64,000 nt of DNA, taken from the NCBI GenBank assembly GCA_039028615.1, contig JBCCHT010000008.1, forward strand, positions 226,345-290,344. Direction: 5' to 3'. Shown piece by piece: positions 30,502-39,320 of this stretch; position 1 is the first letter of the stretch; each line of letters begins with the position of its first letter. This stretch comes from Myxococcota bacterium. Lineage in GTDB: Bacteria; Myxococcota_A; Polyangia; Nannocystales; Nannocystaceae. The notes under the pieces were generated by a model. That model did not search any database. It was given only the letters and a program-made list of their open reading frames with translations, and was not told the origin of the DNA. A program made the position numbers and the translations under genes.

Positions 30502-31463
30502 AACTTGCACAAACCTGGGAGCGGATCTCCGCACCCGTGAGCGAAGCCGCGTGGGAGGCCGTGGACATCCAAGAGAAGGCGCGTCTCGCCAGAACCTCGG
30601 GCGGCGGAGTTGCGCTGCTGGTACCTGCCGAGCCCGTCGCCTGCGAACGATACGGGCTCGCCACGGAACATATCTCGTACAGCCCGTCGCTCGCATTGGA
30701 GGTCGAACTCAACGACGGAACGCGGATCGACGGGGACTTCAGCGTACTGCAATGCAGCGCCGGTGAGCCGGTGCTCGTACGGCAGTTCCTCCGAATCGTC
30801 GAATCATGCCTACCGTCCGAGTCGCTCCAGCACTGGGAAACATTTGATCAGACGGTCCGTTCGGTGTTCGAGCTATTTCGCCATTTGACATCCCCGGGGA
30901 GTCGAACGGCACAGGGACTCTGGGCAGAACTACTTTTGATCGCCTATGCCGATGACCCCGCTCTCATGGTTCGGGCTTTTCACAGCGATCCGAACGAGCT
31001 TCACGATTTTTTTGCCGACGGAACCTCGCTCGAGGTCAAGAGCACGACGGGAGCCTTGCGTGAGCATCATTTTTCCCTCGAACAGCTCGAACAAGGAAAA
31101 GACCAACTTGTAGTGGCATCCCTGCTCCTCCAAGAGGATGTCCTTGGAACAACGATCAACGAACTCGTAGCCAAAGCAAGCGCTCGCATTGGCGAGCCGG
31201 AGCTACGCCGACGGCTCGAGAGCATCGTCGTCTTGTCGCTCGGCAGTGCTTGGCTTGCGGCCGACCAGCTTCGTTTCGGTGAGAGGGCAGCGTTGGAGAC
31301 GCTGCGGCTATTCGCAGCAAAGGACATCCCGTCCCTCGCCCAACCAATTCCAACAGATATCCACCATGTTCGCTACGTTGCGAGCCTTGCCGGCACAGCT
31401 CCGATCAGAGCCGAAGATCCGATGGCGCCACTCATCGCCACGGTATTCCCGCTCTCCGGGTAA
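30498..31463 (+). CDS. PD-(D/E)XK motif protein (DUF4420-like)
   Basis: QGLWAEL, HDF and LEVKST motifs; ATGA overlap with the Z1 gene. Confidence 0.88.
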   Translation: MKLAQTWERISAPVSEAAWEAVDIQEKARLARTSGGGVALLVPAEPVACERYGLATEHISYSPSLALEVELNDGTRIDGDFSVLQCSAGEPVLVRQFLRIVESCLPSESLQHWETFDQTVRSVFELFRHLTSPGSRTAQGLWAELLLIAYADDPALMVRAFHSDPNELHDFFADGTSLEVKSTTGALREHHFSLEQLEQGKDQLVVASLLLQEDVLGTTINELVAKASARIGEPELRRRLESIVVLSLGSAWLAADQLRFGERAALETLRLFAAKDIPSLAQPIPTDIHHVRYVASLAGTAPIRAEDPMAPLIATVFPLSG

Positions 31464-31743
31464 GGAAGGGACGGAGAACAAACGAGGATGGGGGTCGAGT
31501 GCTCTTGTGTCTTCGTCTTCACCTCTTGAACGGGCACCTGCACAGGGCGACATTTTCGCGACAGTGGCCTGAAAAAGTGGCGACCGTCCCCAGAAGCGCG
31601 ACGGCCATCACCCCGCAGCAACAGGGCCGCCGCTACTTATCGAGCGGCGGGTAACGTCATGCCCCCCGCGGAGCCCTTCTGCGTCACGCGCCTCGGAGGG
31701 GGATTGGTGCGCAACGAGGGACGAGGGCTCCGCGGAGGCCGAA

Positions 31744-32817
31744 CTACTTCGGGCCTTCGTTGACCTCGGTCTTGACTCGCCCCGGCACCCCGCGCTGCTT
31801 CACTACCCCGCGAATCCAGGTGCGGTGAATCCGGTCCACCCACCCTTGCCGCCAGATCGAGTAGTGCATCGAAGCACTGGGCACCATCACCCCGACCATG
31901 CTGATACCGATCATCAGCGCCAGCCCCACCCGCACCGCGGGCGGACCCAAGCGCCCAAAGGGGCTCCGATCTCGCAGAGGATCACCCAGCGCAGCCGCCA
32001 GGATCGGCACGGGCAGCATCAGCTGCATCGTGGCCGTGGTGGCCAGCGCAGTCGCGACGGGAATGGTGAGCCCCAGGTACCCCGACATGGCGACGAACGC
32101 GATACCCACGTTCGCCAACAAGTTGAGCACCAGGGCCCAGGTGCGCAGCCGATAGATACCGAGCACCGCAACCGCCATGACGAGACCACATGCGAGCGTG
32201 GCTCCGCTCTGGGCGAAATAACCAGGCGAGCCGAACTCGAGCGCCATGCCCAGCTGCAAGGTCGACCCAAAGAGCAAAGTACCCGTATCGGCGGTCGCGA
32301 GCACCAACGCCAGGAGCAGATGGTTTCGAAACGCCATCGGCTGAAACGAGCGACTGGTGAGCCCGAGGCCACGGCTGCCCATGAGCAGCAACGCAGTCCC
32401 CGCTCCCAGCGAGATCAGCGGGCCGGTCCAGGCAAAGGGAATGAGGCCGAAGACGGAGACGATGGTGCCGATGACCAAGGTCGACCAGGCCAACGCGCGC
32501 ACCATCATCTGCTTGGCGAGGTCTCGCTGCCGCAGCCAGGCCATGGTGACGAGCAGGGCGCCGATGGGCAGCAGCACGGCCATGGCTCGCCCGGTCAGCG
32601 CGAGTCGCTGGTGGATGAGGACCTCGAAGCCCACCATGCCGGCGAAGCCGATAATGGCCATGCCGAGAGAGGCGCGGATGATCCAGGCGCGAGCGGTACT
32701 GACGAGCTCGGGGTCGCCACCGGTGCGGTGGATCTGGTCGATGCGTTCCAAGGGCGGGGGCTTGGTCATGGTGGTCTCCGTCTTCCACTGCTCGATCGCG
32801 GCTTGGTATTCGCTCAT
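31744..32817 (-). CDS. Multi-pass membrane protein coupled to an ECF sigma gene (candidate anti-sigma)
   Basis: About 9-10 hydrophobic helices; start overlaps the sigma stop (ATGA). Confidence 0.7.
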   Translation of the reverse strand: MSEYQAAIEQWKTETTMTKPPPLERIDQIHRTGGDPELVSTARAWIIRASLGMAIIGFAGMVGFEVLIHQRLALTGRAMAVLLPIGALLVTMAWLRQRDLAKQMMVRALAWSTLVIGTIVSVFGLIPFAWTGPLISLGAGTALLLMGSRGLGLTSRSFQPMAFRNHLLLALVLATADTGTLLFGSTLQLGMALEFGSPGYFAQSGATLACGLVMAVAVLGIYRLRTWALVLNLLANVGIAFVAMSGYLGLTIPVATALATTATMQLMLPVPILAAALGDPLRDRSPFGRLGPPAVRVGLALMIGISMVGVMVPSASMHYSIWRQGWVDRIHRTWIRGVVKQRGVPGRVKTEVNEGPK

Positions 32818-33389
32818 GACGGGTCTCCTTCGAAATGTCGGCGCACGATCTCTTCGGCCTTCTTGGTTCGATACGAGACGGTCTGCACCGTGGTGCCGAG
32901 AATCTGGGCGGCCTCGTCGAGCGACAAACCCTCGACGATGCGCAGGACGAAGGCGTCGCGTTTGTCTTGGTCGAGCTCGGTCAGGGCGGCGTCGAGGTTG
33001 GCGGCGAGCGAGGGGGTGGGCGTAGGGCCTTGCCCCACCAGGGCGGGGTGACCGGTGGTCTTGCGACGCAGCATGGACAGCAGTCGGGTCCGACGGCGTC
33101 GCGAGCGGCGATGGTCGCGCAGTAGGTTGAAGGCGATCCGGTGGATCCAGGCGGCGGGGGGCGGGTCGTCGGGGACCTCGTGCAGCCTCCGCATGGCCAC
33201 GACGAAGGCGTCTTGGGCCAGGTCGCGGGCCAGCTCGGGGTCGCCGGTCAGACGCCGCAGGCGGGTGACCACGGCGGTTGCGTGGGCCGAGTAGAGGGCG
33301 CGAAGGCGCTCGGGGACGGCCTCTGCCGCGTCATCGGGGACGATCTCGGCCATCGGAGCGCCACCGCTCGCTGCCAATGCACGTGCCAT
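32814..33389 (-). CDS. ECF-type sigma-70 factor
   Basis: ARDLAQDAF, AWIHRIAFNLLRDHRR, RDAFVLRIVEGLSLDEAAQILG..TVSYR. Start may be 33353. Confidence 0.9.
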   Translation of the reverse strand: MARALAASGGAPMAEIVPDDAAEAVPERLRALYSAHATAVVTRLRRLTGDPELARDLAQDAFVVAMRRLHEVPDDPPPAAWIHRIAFNLLRDHRRSRRRRTRLLSMLRRKTTGHPALVGQGPTPTPSLAANLDAALTELDQDKRDAFVLRIVEGLSLDEAAQILGTTVQTVSYRTKKAEEIVRRHFEGDPS

Positions 33390-33460
33390 GCACCCCCCTG
33401 ATGGTGCGAGCCCGCCCGATTCCAAACAAGGCCTAAAAAAATCTCCGCTATGCTCCGGCG

Positions 33461-34066
33461 GTGACCGACGAGGCACTGCTCGAGGCGTGGGGAAACGGGG
33501 ACGACGCAGCCGGAGAGACCCTGTACCGCCGCCACTTCGAAGCCCTCTACCGGTTCTTCCGCACCAAGGCCCCGGGGGACTACGAAGATCTGATCCAGAT
33601 CACGATGATGGAGTGCGTGCGGAGCAAGACGAAGTTCCGCGGTGACTCGACGTTCCGGGCATTCCTCTTCGGGGTCGCCCGCAACTGCCTGCTGCACCAC
33701 TTCCGCTCCCGCTTCCGCGACCGCCTCGACTTCGATGCGTCGCGCAGCTCCGTGGCCGACCTCGATCCGCGACCCAGCACGATCGCGGCCCGCAACGCGG
33801 AGCAGGCCAAGGTGATCGAGGCGATGCGGCACATCCCGGTCGACCTGCAGATGGTGCTCGAGCTGCACTACTGGGAAGAGCTGAGCACGCGCGAGCTGGC
33901 GGAGACGCTGGAAATCCCGCAGGGCACGGTGAAGAGCCGGCTCCGACGCGCCCGTGAGGCGCTGCGCACCGCCCTGGATGCCCTCAACCCGACGGCGGGC
34001 AAGCTCGACGAGGACCAGCTCATGGCCGGCGTACAGGCGCTGCGCGGGGCGGTCGACGAGAGCTGA
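33461..34066 (+). CDS. ECF-type sigma-70 factor
   Basis: DLIQITMM, FRGDSTFRAFLFGVARN, LELHYWEELS..ELAETLEIPQGTVKSRLRRAR. Confidence 0.92.
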   Translation: MTDEALLEAWGNGDDAAGETLYRRHFEALYRFFRTKAPGDYEDLIQITMMECVRSKTKFRGDSTFRAFLFGVARNCLLHHFRSRFRDRLDFDASRSSVADLDPRPSTIAARNAEQAKVIEAMRHIPVDLQMVLELHYWEELSTRELAETLEIPQGTVKSRLRRAREALRTALDALNPTAGKLDEDQLMAGVQALRGAVDES

Positions 34067-34164
34067 GCGGGCGGCGAAACCAAGTCGCGTAAACCAAAGA
34101 GATCGGGCCGCGGCACTCGGGAACCGTCATCCCGAGCACCGCGGCCCTTCTCGTCCACCGGGGG

Positions 34165-35214
34165 CTACTTGCCCTTTTGCGTATTCTTGGCCTGCTCCAA
34201 GGCGATCTCCTTGATGGACTCGAACGAGGAGGCATTCGAGGCGCCGTCGATGGCCTTGACCGCCAGCTCGGTGGTCTGCTTGCGCGCGTCTTCCAGCTGG
34301 CGCGACAGCTGCTTGATCTGAGCTTCCTGCTTGGCGATGGTGCCCTCGAGGGACTCGACCTTCAGCTCGAAGACCCGACGCACACCTTCGTTGTCCTTGC
34401 TGCGCAGCTCGTTCTCGGCCTTGGTCTGGCGTCGAGCGATGGCCATGCCCTCGGCTTCGGCCTTCTTCACCGCAGCGTCGCGCTTGCCTTCGAAGGCCTC
34501 GGCCTTCGCCACCAGCTCGTTGCGCTCGGTCTCACGAGCCTCGAGCTGCTTGTTGCGCTCGGTCCACTCGGCCGCCTTGCGCTCGCGAAGCTCGACCTGC
34601 TCCAGCTCGAAGGCCTTGAGGGCCTGCCCCTCTTCGTCGTTCTCCTTGGCGGTGCGCTGCTCGAGCTCGTAGGCATACTCGGCGGCGTCGCGCTTGCGGG
34701 CCTGGTCGGACTCGCGGGAGGCCTCCTTGAGCGCGGCCTTGTGCTGCTGCTGCTCCTTGACCCACGCGGTTCGAGCGGCGTCGATCTCGTCGTCGAAGGC
34801 TTCCTTCTTGGCGGTCAGCTCGCGCTCGGCCGCTTCGCTGGACTCCTCGTAGCGAGCGATGAGCTCGGCCAGGCTGTCTTCGCTGACCTCGATCTCGTGC
34901 AGCGTTCGCAGGTCGGCGGTGACCTGGTTGGCCTGCTCGCGCAGATCGGTGAGCTGCGTGGCCTCGGCGGTGAGCTCTCCCTGCAGGGAACTCGAGGACT
35001 CGCCGATGCTGGTGGTCAAGTCACGGAGGCTGCGAATGATGTCGCCGATGGAGACCTCCCGGGCCGCGACCTCGGCGGGCGAGGGGGGCAGAGCCTTCTG
35101 GGCCGGCGCGGGGGCGGTGCGGGCCTTGGCCTTGAGCGATTTGAGCTCCTTGGCCATGGCGTTGTAGGCCGCGAGGATTTCAGTCTTGGTGCTGCGGGTG
35201 CTGATCTTCTTCAT
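34165..35214 (-). CDS. Long coiled-coil protein (paralog B)
   Basis: GAGGAG RBS; STKTEILAAY N-terminus; E/K/A-rich heptads; VFELKVESLE..I..Q and LAVKAIDG. Confidence 0.85.
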   Translation of the reverse strand: MKKISTRSTKTEILAAYNAMAKELKSLKAKARTAPAPAQKALPPSPAEVAAREVSIGDIIRSLRDLTTSIGESSSSLQGELTAEATQLTDLREQANQVTADLRTLHEIEVSEDSLAELIARYEESSEAAERELTAKKEAFDDEIDAARTAWVKEQQQHKAALKEASRESDQARKRDAAEYAYELEQRTAKENDEEGQALKAFELEQVELRERKAAEWTERNKQLEARETERNELVAKAEAFEGKRDAAVKKAEAEGMAIARRQTKAENELRSKDNEGVRRVFELKVESLEGTIAKQEAQIKQLSRQLEDARKQTTELAVKAIDGASNASSFESIKEIALEQAKNTQKGK

Positions 35215-35238
35215 GGTCTCGACTCCTCGGGGCAAAAG

Positions 35239-36216
35239 TTAGGCGGTGGGACGGAAGGCCTGCTCGGCCAGGTTCTGCGACTTCGCGATGGTGGCATCCA
35301 GCTTGCCGTCGAGCTCGGCGATGAGCTCGGCCTGGCGGGCGATCCTCTCCTCGAGGGTCTGCACCTTCAGCTCGAAGACCTTGACGTTGCCCGCGTGGTC
35401 TTTGTCGAGCATCTCCAGCTCGAACTTCGCTTCGCGCTTCACCGACGCGATGGCCTTTTCACGGGCAGCCTTGGCCGCGTTGTCGAGCTCTTCGTCGTAG
35501 TTGCCTGCCTTGGTCCGCAGGGTGTCGAGTTTCTCGGATTCTTCGTCGAGGGACTTCTCGCGGGCCGACCAGTCCTTGGCCTTGACCGCCTCTTCTTCGG
35601 CGAGCTGTCGCTCCAGCTCGAGCCGCTTGGTGGCTCGCTCGTCGCTGGCGAGCCGACGGCGTCGCTCGACCTCGTAGTTGTGCGCCTCTTCGGCTTGCTC
35701 GCGGGTGCGGGCCTGCTGCTCGGCGGCGGCCGCCTTGTCTTGCTCGAGCTGCTCGGCCTGCTCCTTCCACGAATCACGCACCGAGCTCATCTCGTCGGTG
35801 AGGGCCTGGCGCTGCTCTTCGGCCTCTTCCTCGAAGGCGGCCATCTCCTGGCGCTGACCCTTCTCGAGGATGGCGAGGGCCTCGGCCGCGACCACGGTGC
35901 CCTGGAGCTCCTCGAGGCGGTTGCGCTCGACCTCGATGGCGTTCTTCATCTCACCGAGCTTGCTCGACTCGCTGTCGAGCTGGTCGGCGATGTCGTCGAC
36001 CGCGGTGCCGAACCCGAGCTGGAGCTTGGCGAGGCCGTTGACGATGCTCTCGACGGTGTAGCCGGAGACGCGGTCGACCAGCTCGCGGTGCTTGTCTCGC
36101 TCGGCCTGCTCGGCCTTGGTGGCGATCTGCGAGGCACGGGCCTGGTGCTTCTTGAGCAGGCGATCGAACTCGCGTTGGATTTCTTCTCGGGATTTGGGCT
36201 CGGTGACGGTGGACAT
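35239..36216 (-). CDS. Long coiled-coil protein (paralog A)
   Basis: AGAGGA RBS; shares W..E...., YE.E and VFELKVQTLE..I..Q motifs with paralog B. Confidence 0.85.
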   Translation of the reverse strand: MSTVTEPKSREEIQREFDRLLKKHQARASQIATKAEQAERDKHRELVDRVSGYTVESIVNGLAKLQLGFGTAVDDIADQLDSESSKLGEMKNAIEVERNRLEELQGTVVAAEALAILEKGQRQEMAAFEEEAEEQRQALTDEMSSVRDSWKEQAEQLEQDKAAAAEQQARTREQAEEAHNYEVERRRRLASDERATKRLELERQLAEEEAVKAKDWSAREKSLDEESEKLDTLRTKAGNYDEELDNAAKAAREKAIASVKREAKFELEMLDKDHAGNVKVFELKVQTLEERIARQAELIAELDGKLDATIAKSQNLAEQAFRPTA

Positions 36217-36257
36217 GAGTTCCTCTTTTCGGTGGACGAAAGACGAAGGACGGGAGT

Positions 36258-36556
36258 GAGTCGGCGAAGACGGTCGTCGACTCGGGGATGAATGACGGTG
36301 AAAACGTCGGGGAGTCGCAGCCCTTCGCAACCGGCATTCACACCGCCCCGCAAGGGCGGCCAGCCAGGCCCGAAAGGCGAATCGAAGGGGGTGAGTCCGT
36401 CGAGGTGAGCGTCGCTGGCGGGGGGTGACTCGCTGCGTCCGGCTCACTCTCACTATGACCGGCGCCGAGCGGGTTCGCCACTCGTCGGCGCCGGGCTCCC
36501 GACGCATATTGTCAGGAGCGCCCATTCATTATCAAAACGCCTTTTTCGGCGTTTTT
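36258..36556. ncRNA. Putative highly structured non-coding RNA or leader; family not recognised, strand unresolved
   Basis: Helices read by hand: 36258-67/36274-83, 36287-93/36523-29 (approx.), 36305-16/36494-504, 36316-21/36432-37, 36321-27/36383-89, 36343-59 (GCAA), 36368-78 (GAAA), 36393-97/36427-31, 36459-68/36485-94 (UUCG), and a crossing pair 36405-10/36442-47. Confidence 0.55.
36534..36556. terminator. Hairpin with A/T tails (possible bidirectional terminator)
   Basis: aaaacgcc-tttttc-ggcgttttt. Confidence 0.45.
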
Positions 36557-36748
36557 CGGGCCCGAAACCGGTTGCAACGGCGAAGTTTGAGTTCGCGCAC
36601 GGATTTCGGTTTTGTCAGCACGGCGATCGGCCGGCCCTCGGCCCGCCTGCGGTGACGATCGACGTCGAGACCCCTCGATCGAGGCGGTCCCCAGTGATTG
36701 TGACAGCGATGCCCGAGGCCATTGCCGATTGGAGGTACCCTCGTCTCG

Positions 36749-38302
36749 ATGCTTCGGACTCCCGCGATCTGGGTCGCTCTTTCACTGGCCATCGGCCTCG
36801 GTTGTGGCGGCGGCGACAAGAAGCCCGACGCCACCAAGAAGGATGCGAGCGATGCCGCGCCCTCGGCCGCCGGGAAGAAGGACGACGACAACGCCGACGA
36901 CAAAAAGGTGGCGGACGGCAAAACGGACGCCAAAGAAGCCGACGCCAAGAAGGCCCCCGAAGGCGGAGACAAGGATGCCGCCGCCGGCCCGCCGGACGAA
37001 TGGCTGGTGTGGTTCCTCCGCGAAGGTCGCTTCACCACCCGCTGGGTCGACGCCGCCCGGAGCGAAGGCTCGCTGATCGCCGAGCGCCACGCCCTGGTCG
37101 TCTCCGATGGGCGCGAGCTGTGGGAAGTCGCGCGACACGACGCCACGGTCGACGTCATGGAGTGCCCGTGCATGGACGACGAGCGAGCCCCCGGATGCAA
37201 CCATCCCTCGGGGACGCTCGACAACACGGGACTGAAAGCCAATGCCCTGGTGGGCGGCGGTACGGTCGACGTTCACCCGCCCGACACCGAGCTTCTGTAC
37301 GGCGGCGACATCAGCGTGGGCATCAGCATCCAGGGCGGGGTGGGCTCCAAGCTCTTCTATCGCTGGACCAACAACGGCTACTTCTGCGGCGCACACGGCC
37401 TGTACGAGTCGGGCGACGTGATCTACGACCTGGCCAAGAAGGACAGCGTCGACCCCTGGGAGCCGGTCAACCGAGGGCTGCCCGCCAAGACCCGCGAAGC
37501 GGCCGCCAAGGAGCTGCGCAAGGTCCTGGTGGAGTGCGACGGTCCCGACGACGCCTCGTCGATGCAGGAGGTGCTCGACTCGGTGATGCAGCTGGCCGGG
37601 CTGCACGTGGGCCTCAAGGACGGCACGCCGAAGATCACCTGGGACTTCGAGGCCGAGGTCTACTACGCGTGCTCGCCCGACTACGCGGCGAGCTCCCAGC
37701 AGAGCACCGGTCTGGATGCCGCCGCCGCGCCGATGGGGCTAGGCGCGCCGATCCCCGAGGGACTGGGCACCGTGCTCGCGGGGCTCGGCAGCGCCACCAC
37801 GGTGGGCTGGTCGAAGCTCGAGGTGAGCGGGCCCGCGCGCGAGGCTGCCCTGGCGGCGTTCGCCAAGGCCTCCGAAGATCCCTGGCCGCCCTCCGTCTCC
37901 AACGAAAAGGAGCCGAAGGGCGCCACGGCCGAGGCCACCGCGCAGGCCAAGGTCCGACTCAACGCGGGGCGCAAGCTGACCCGCGCCAAGGACTACGTCG
38001 CCGCCATCGCCGAGTACGACGCCGCGCTGGCCCTGGACCCCAAGCTCGCCCAGGCCTGGTCGGAGCGGGGCTACGCCAAGCTGCTCAAGGGAGACCTCGT
38101 GGAGGCCAAGGACGACCTCGAGCACGCGCTGCCCTTCGACGAAGGCAACAACTACCGCGCCTCCGTGCACTACAACCTCGGCTTGGTCGCGGAGAAGCAG
38201 GGCGATCTGGACACCGCGAAGAGCGAGTTCTCGGAGTCCGTCCACATGCGGCCCAACGCCACCGTCTCCAAGGCGCTCGAGCGCGTGGGAGGCCTGCCGT
38301 AG
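36749..38302 (+). CDS. Lipoprotein with C-terminal TPR repeats
   Basis: Lipobox LGC, K/D/A-rich linker, TPRs (AIAEYDAALALDPKLAQAWSERGY; HYNLGLVAEKQGD). Confidence 0.85.
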   Translation: MLRTPAIWVALSLAIGLGCGGGDKKPDATKKDASDAAPSAAGKKDDDNADDKKVADGKTDAKEADAKKAPEGGDKDAAAGPPDEWLVWFLREGRFTTRWVDAARSEGSLIAERHALVVSDGRELWEVARHDATVDVMECPCMDDERAPGCNHPSGTLDNTGLKANALVGGGTVDVHPPDTELLYGGDISVGISIQGGVGSKLFYRWTNNGYFCGAHGLYESGDVIYDLAKKDSVDPWEPVNRGLPAKTREAAAKELRKVLVECDGPDDASSMQEVLDSVMQLAGLHVGLKDGTPKITWDFEAEVYYACSPDYAASSQQSTGLDAAAAPMGLGAPIPEGLGTVLAGLGSATTVGWSKLEVSGPAREAALAAFAKASEDPWPPSVSNEKEPKGATAEATAQAKVRLNAGRKLTRAKDYVAAIAEYDAALALDPKLAQAWSERGYAKLLKGDLVEAKDDLEHALPFDEGNNYRASVHYNLGLVAEKQGDLDTAKSEFSESVHMRPNATVSKALERVGGLP

Positions 38303-39259
38303 ATGCGCTCGGCCACCGTCGCGGGGCTGGCCGGGCTGCTCTTCGCGGCGACAGCCAGCCTCGGGTGCGCGCCGGGGCGAGATCGAGTCGAAGCGGTGCA
38401 GCTGCCCGCCCCACCCGCGGGACAGCGCCCGGACGGCCTGTACGCGACTTGGTTGGGCACGGCGGGGGTGGTGATCGACGACGGTGAGACCCGGCTGGTC
38501 ATCGATCCCTTCGTCACCCGCGACCGCCTGGGGCACGTGTTGTTTCGGCGCCCGGTGGAGTCGGATCCCGCGCTGGTCGACCACTGGCTCAGCCGCGCGG
38601 GGGGCTTCGACGTCGACGCGGTGTTCGTGACCCACTCGCACTACGACCACACCCTCGATGCGCCCATGGTGGCCCTGCGAACGGGTGCGGTGCTGGTGGG
38701 CTCGCCCGATACCCTGCTCCAAGGACGCGCCCATCGGCTCGAGTCGCGCCAGCTCGTGCCGGCCGAGACCGGCGTGCCCATGCACTTCGGTCGCTTCACC
38801 GTGACCCTGCGGCCCAGCGAGCACGGCACGCCCGACCTCTATCCCGGCCACGCCGACAAAGACTTCCGGGTGCCCGCGCGGGCCCGGGACTATCGGACGG
38901 GCGAGGTCTACGTCATCGTCATCGAGCACCCCTACGGCACGCTCATGCACCAGGGCAGCGCCGCCTGGACCGACGAGACCTACGACGAGAGCACCCGGGC
39001 CGACGTGGTGCTGCTGGGCGTCGCCGCGCGCGACGACACCACCGAGTACATCGAAGGCGTCGTCGATCGGGTCGGCGCCAAGACCATCATCCCGATTCAC
39101 TTCGACAACTTCTTCCGCCGCCTCGACCGACCGTGGCGTCCGCTTTTTGGCGTCAAGCTGCCGGAGTTCTTCCGCGTCGTCGACGAGCGGCCGGATCTCG
39201 AGGTTCAGACCCTGCCCATCGGGGAACCGCGCCAGGTCGTGGCCGCGCCGACCGGCTGA
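38303..39259 (+). CDS. MBL-fold metallo-hydrolase lipoprotein
   Basis: THSHYDHTLD, WLGTAG, IDPF and IPIHFD motifs. Confidence 0.9.
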   Translation: MRSATVAGLAGLLFAATASLGCAPGRDRVEAVQLPAPPAGQRPDGLYATWLGTAGVVIDDGETRLVIDPFVTRDRLGHVLFRRPVESDPALVDHWLSRAGGFDVDAVFVTHSHYDHTLDAPMVALRTGAVLVGSPDTLLQGRAHRLESRQLVPAETGVPMHFGRFTVTLRPSEHGTPDLYPGHADKDFRVPARARDYRTGEVYVIVIEHPYGTLMHQGSAAWTDETYDESTRADVVLLGVAARDDTTEYIEGVVDRVGAKTIIPIHFDNFFRRLDRPWRPLFGVKLPEFFRVVDERPDLEVQTLPIGEPRQVVAAPTG

Positions 39260-39320
39260 GCGCGGCGTCGGGCGGCACCCGCTGGCGTCGGGCCCGGGTG
39301 TACGCCATGCTGCGCGGGCG

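Noticed and set aside
24839..31609. 10-bp inverted repeat gatggccgtc / gacggccatc bracketing the defence island
   Set aside because: Short and GC-rich, so plausible by chance; no transposase, integrase or target duplication seen.
33373..33388. Sigma-54 promoter-like TGGCACG-N4-TTGG on the minus strand
   Set aside because: The invariant -12 GC is not at the required spacing, and the site overlaps a candidate start codon.
34177..36291. 704-aa + strand ORF, and similar long ORFs such as 6925-8907 (+), 17539-19266 (-), 36652-38487 (+) and 50142-52181 (-)
   Set aside because: Shadow or antisense frames of well-supported genes, expected at high GC; no motifs.
36363..36383. SRP RNA helix 8 (gccaggcccgaaagg)
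   Set aside because: The conserved AGCAG strand after the tetraloop stem is missing (reads gcgaatc).
36425..36447. Group II intron domain V (gagccggacgc on the minus strand)
   Set aside because: No matching 3' arm, no domain VI and no intron-encoded protein.
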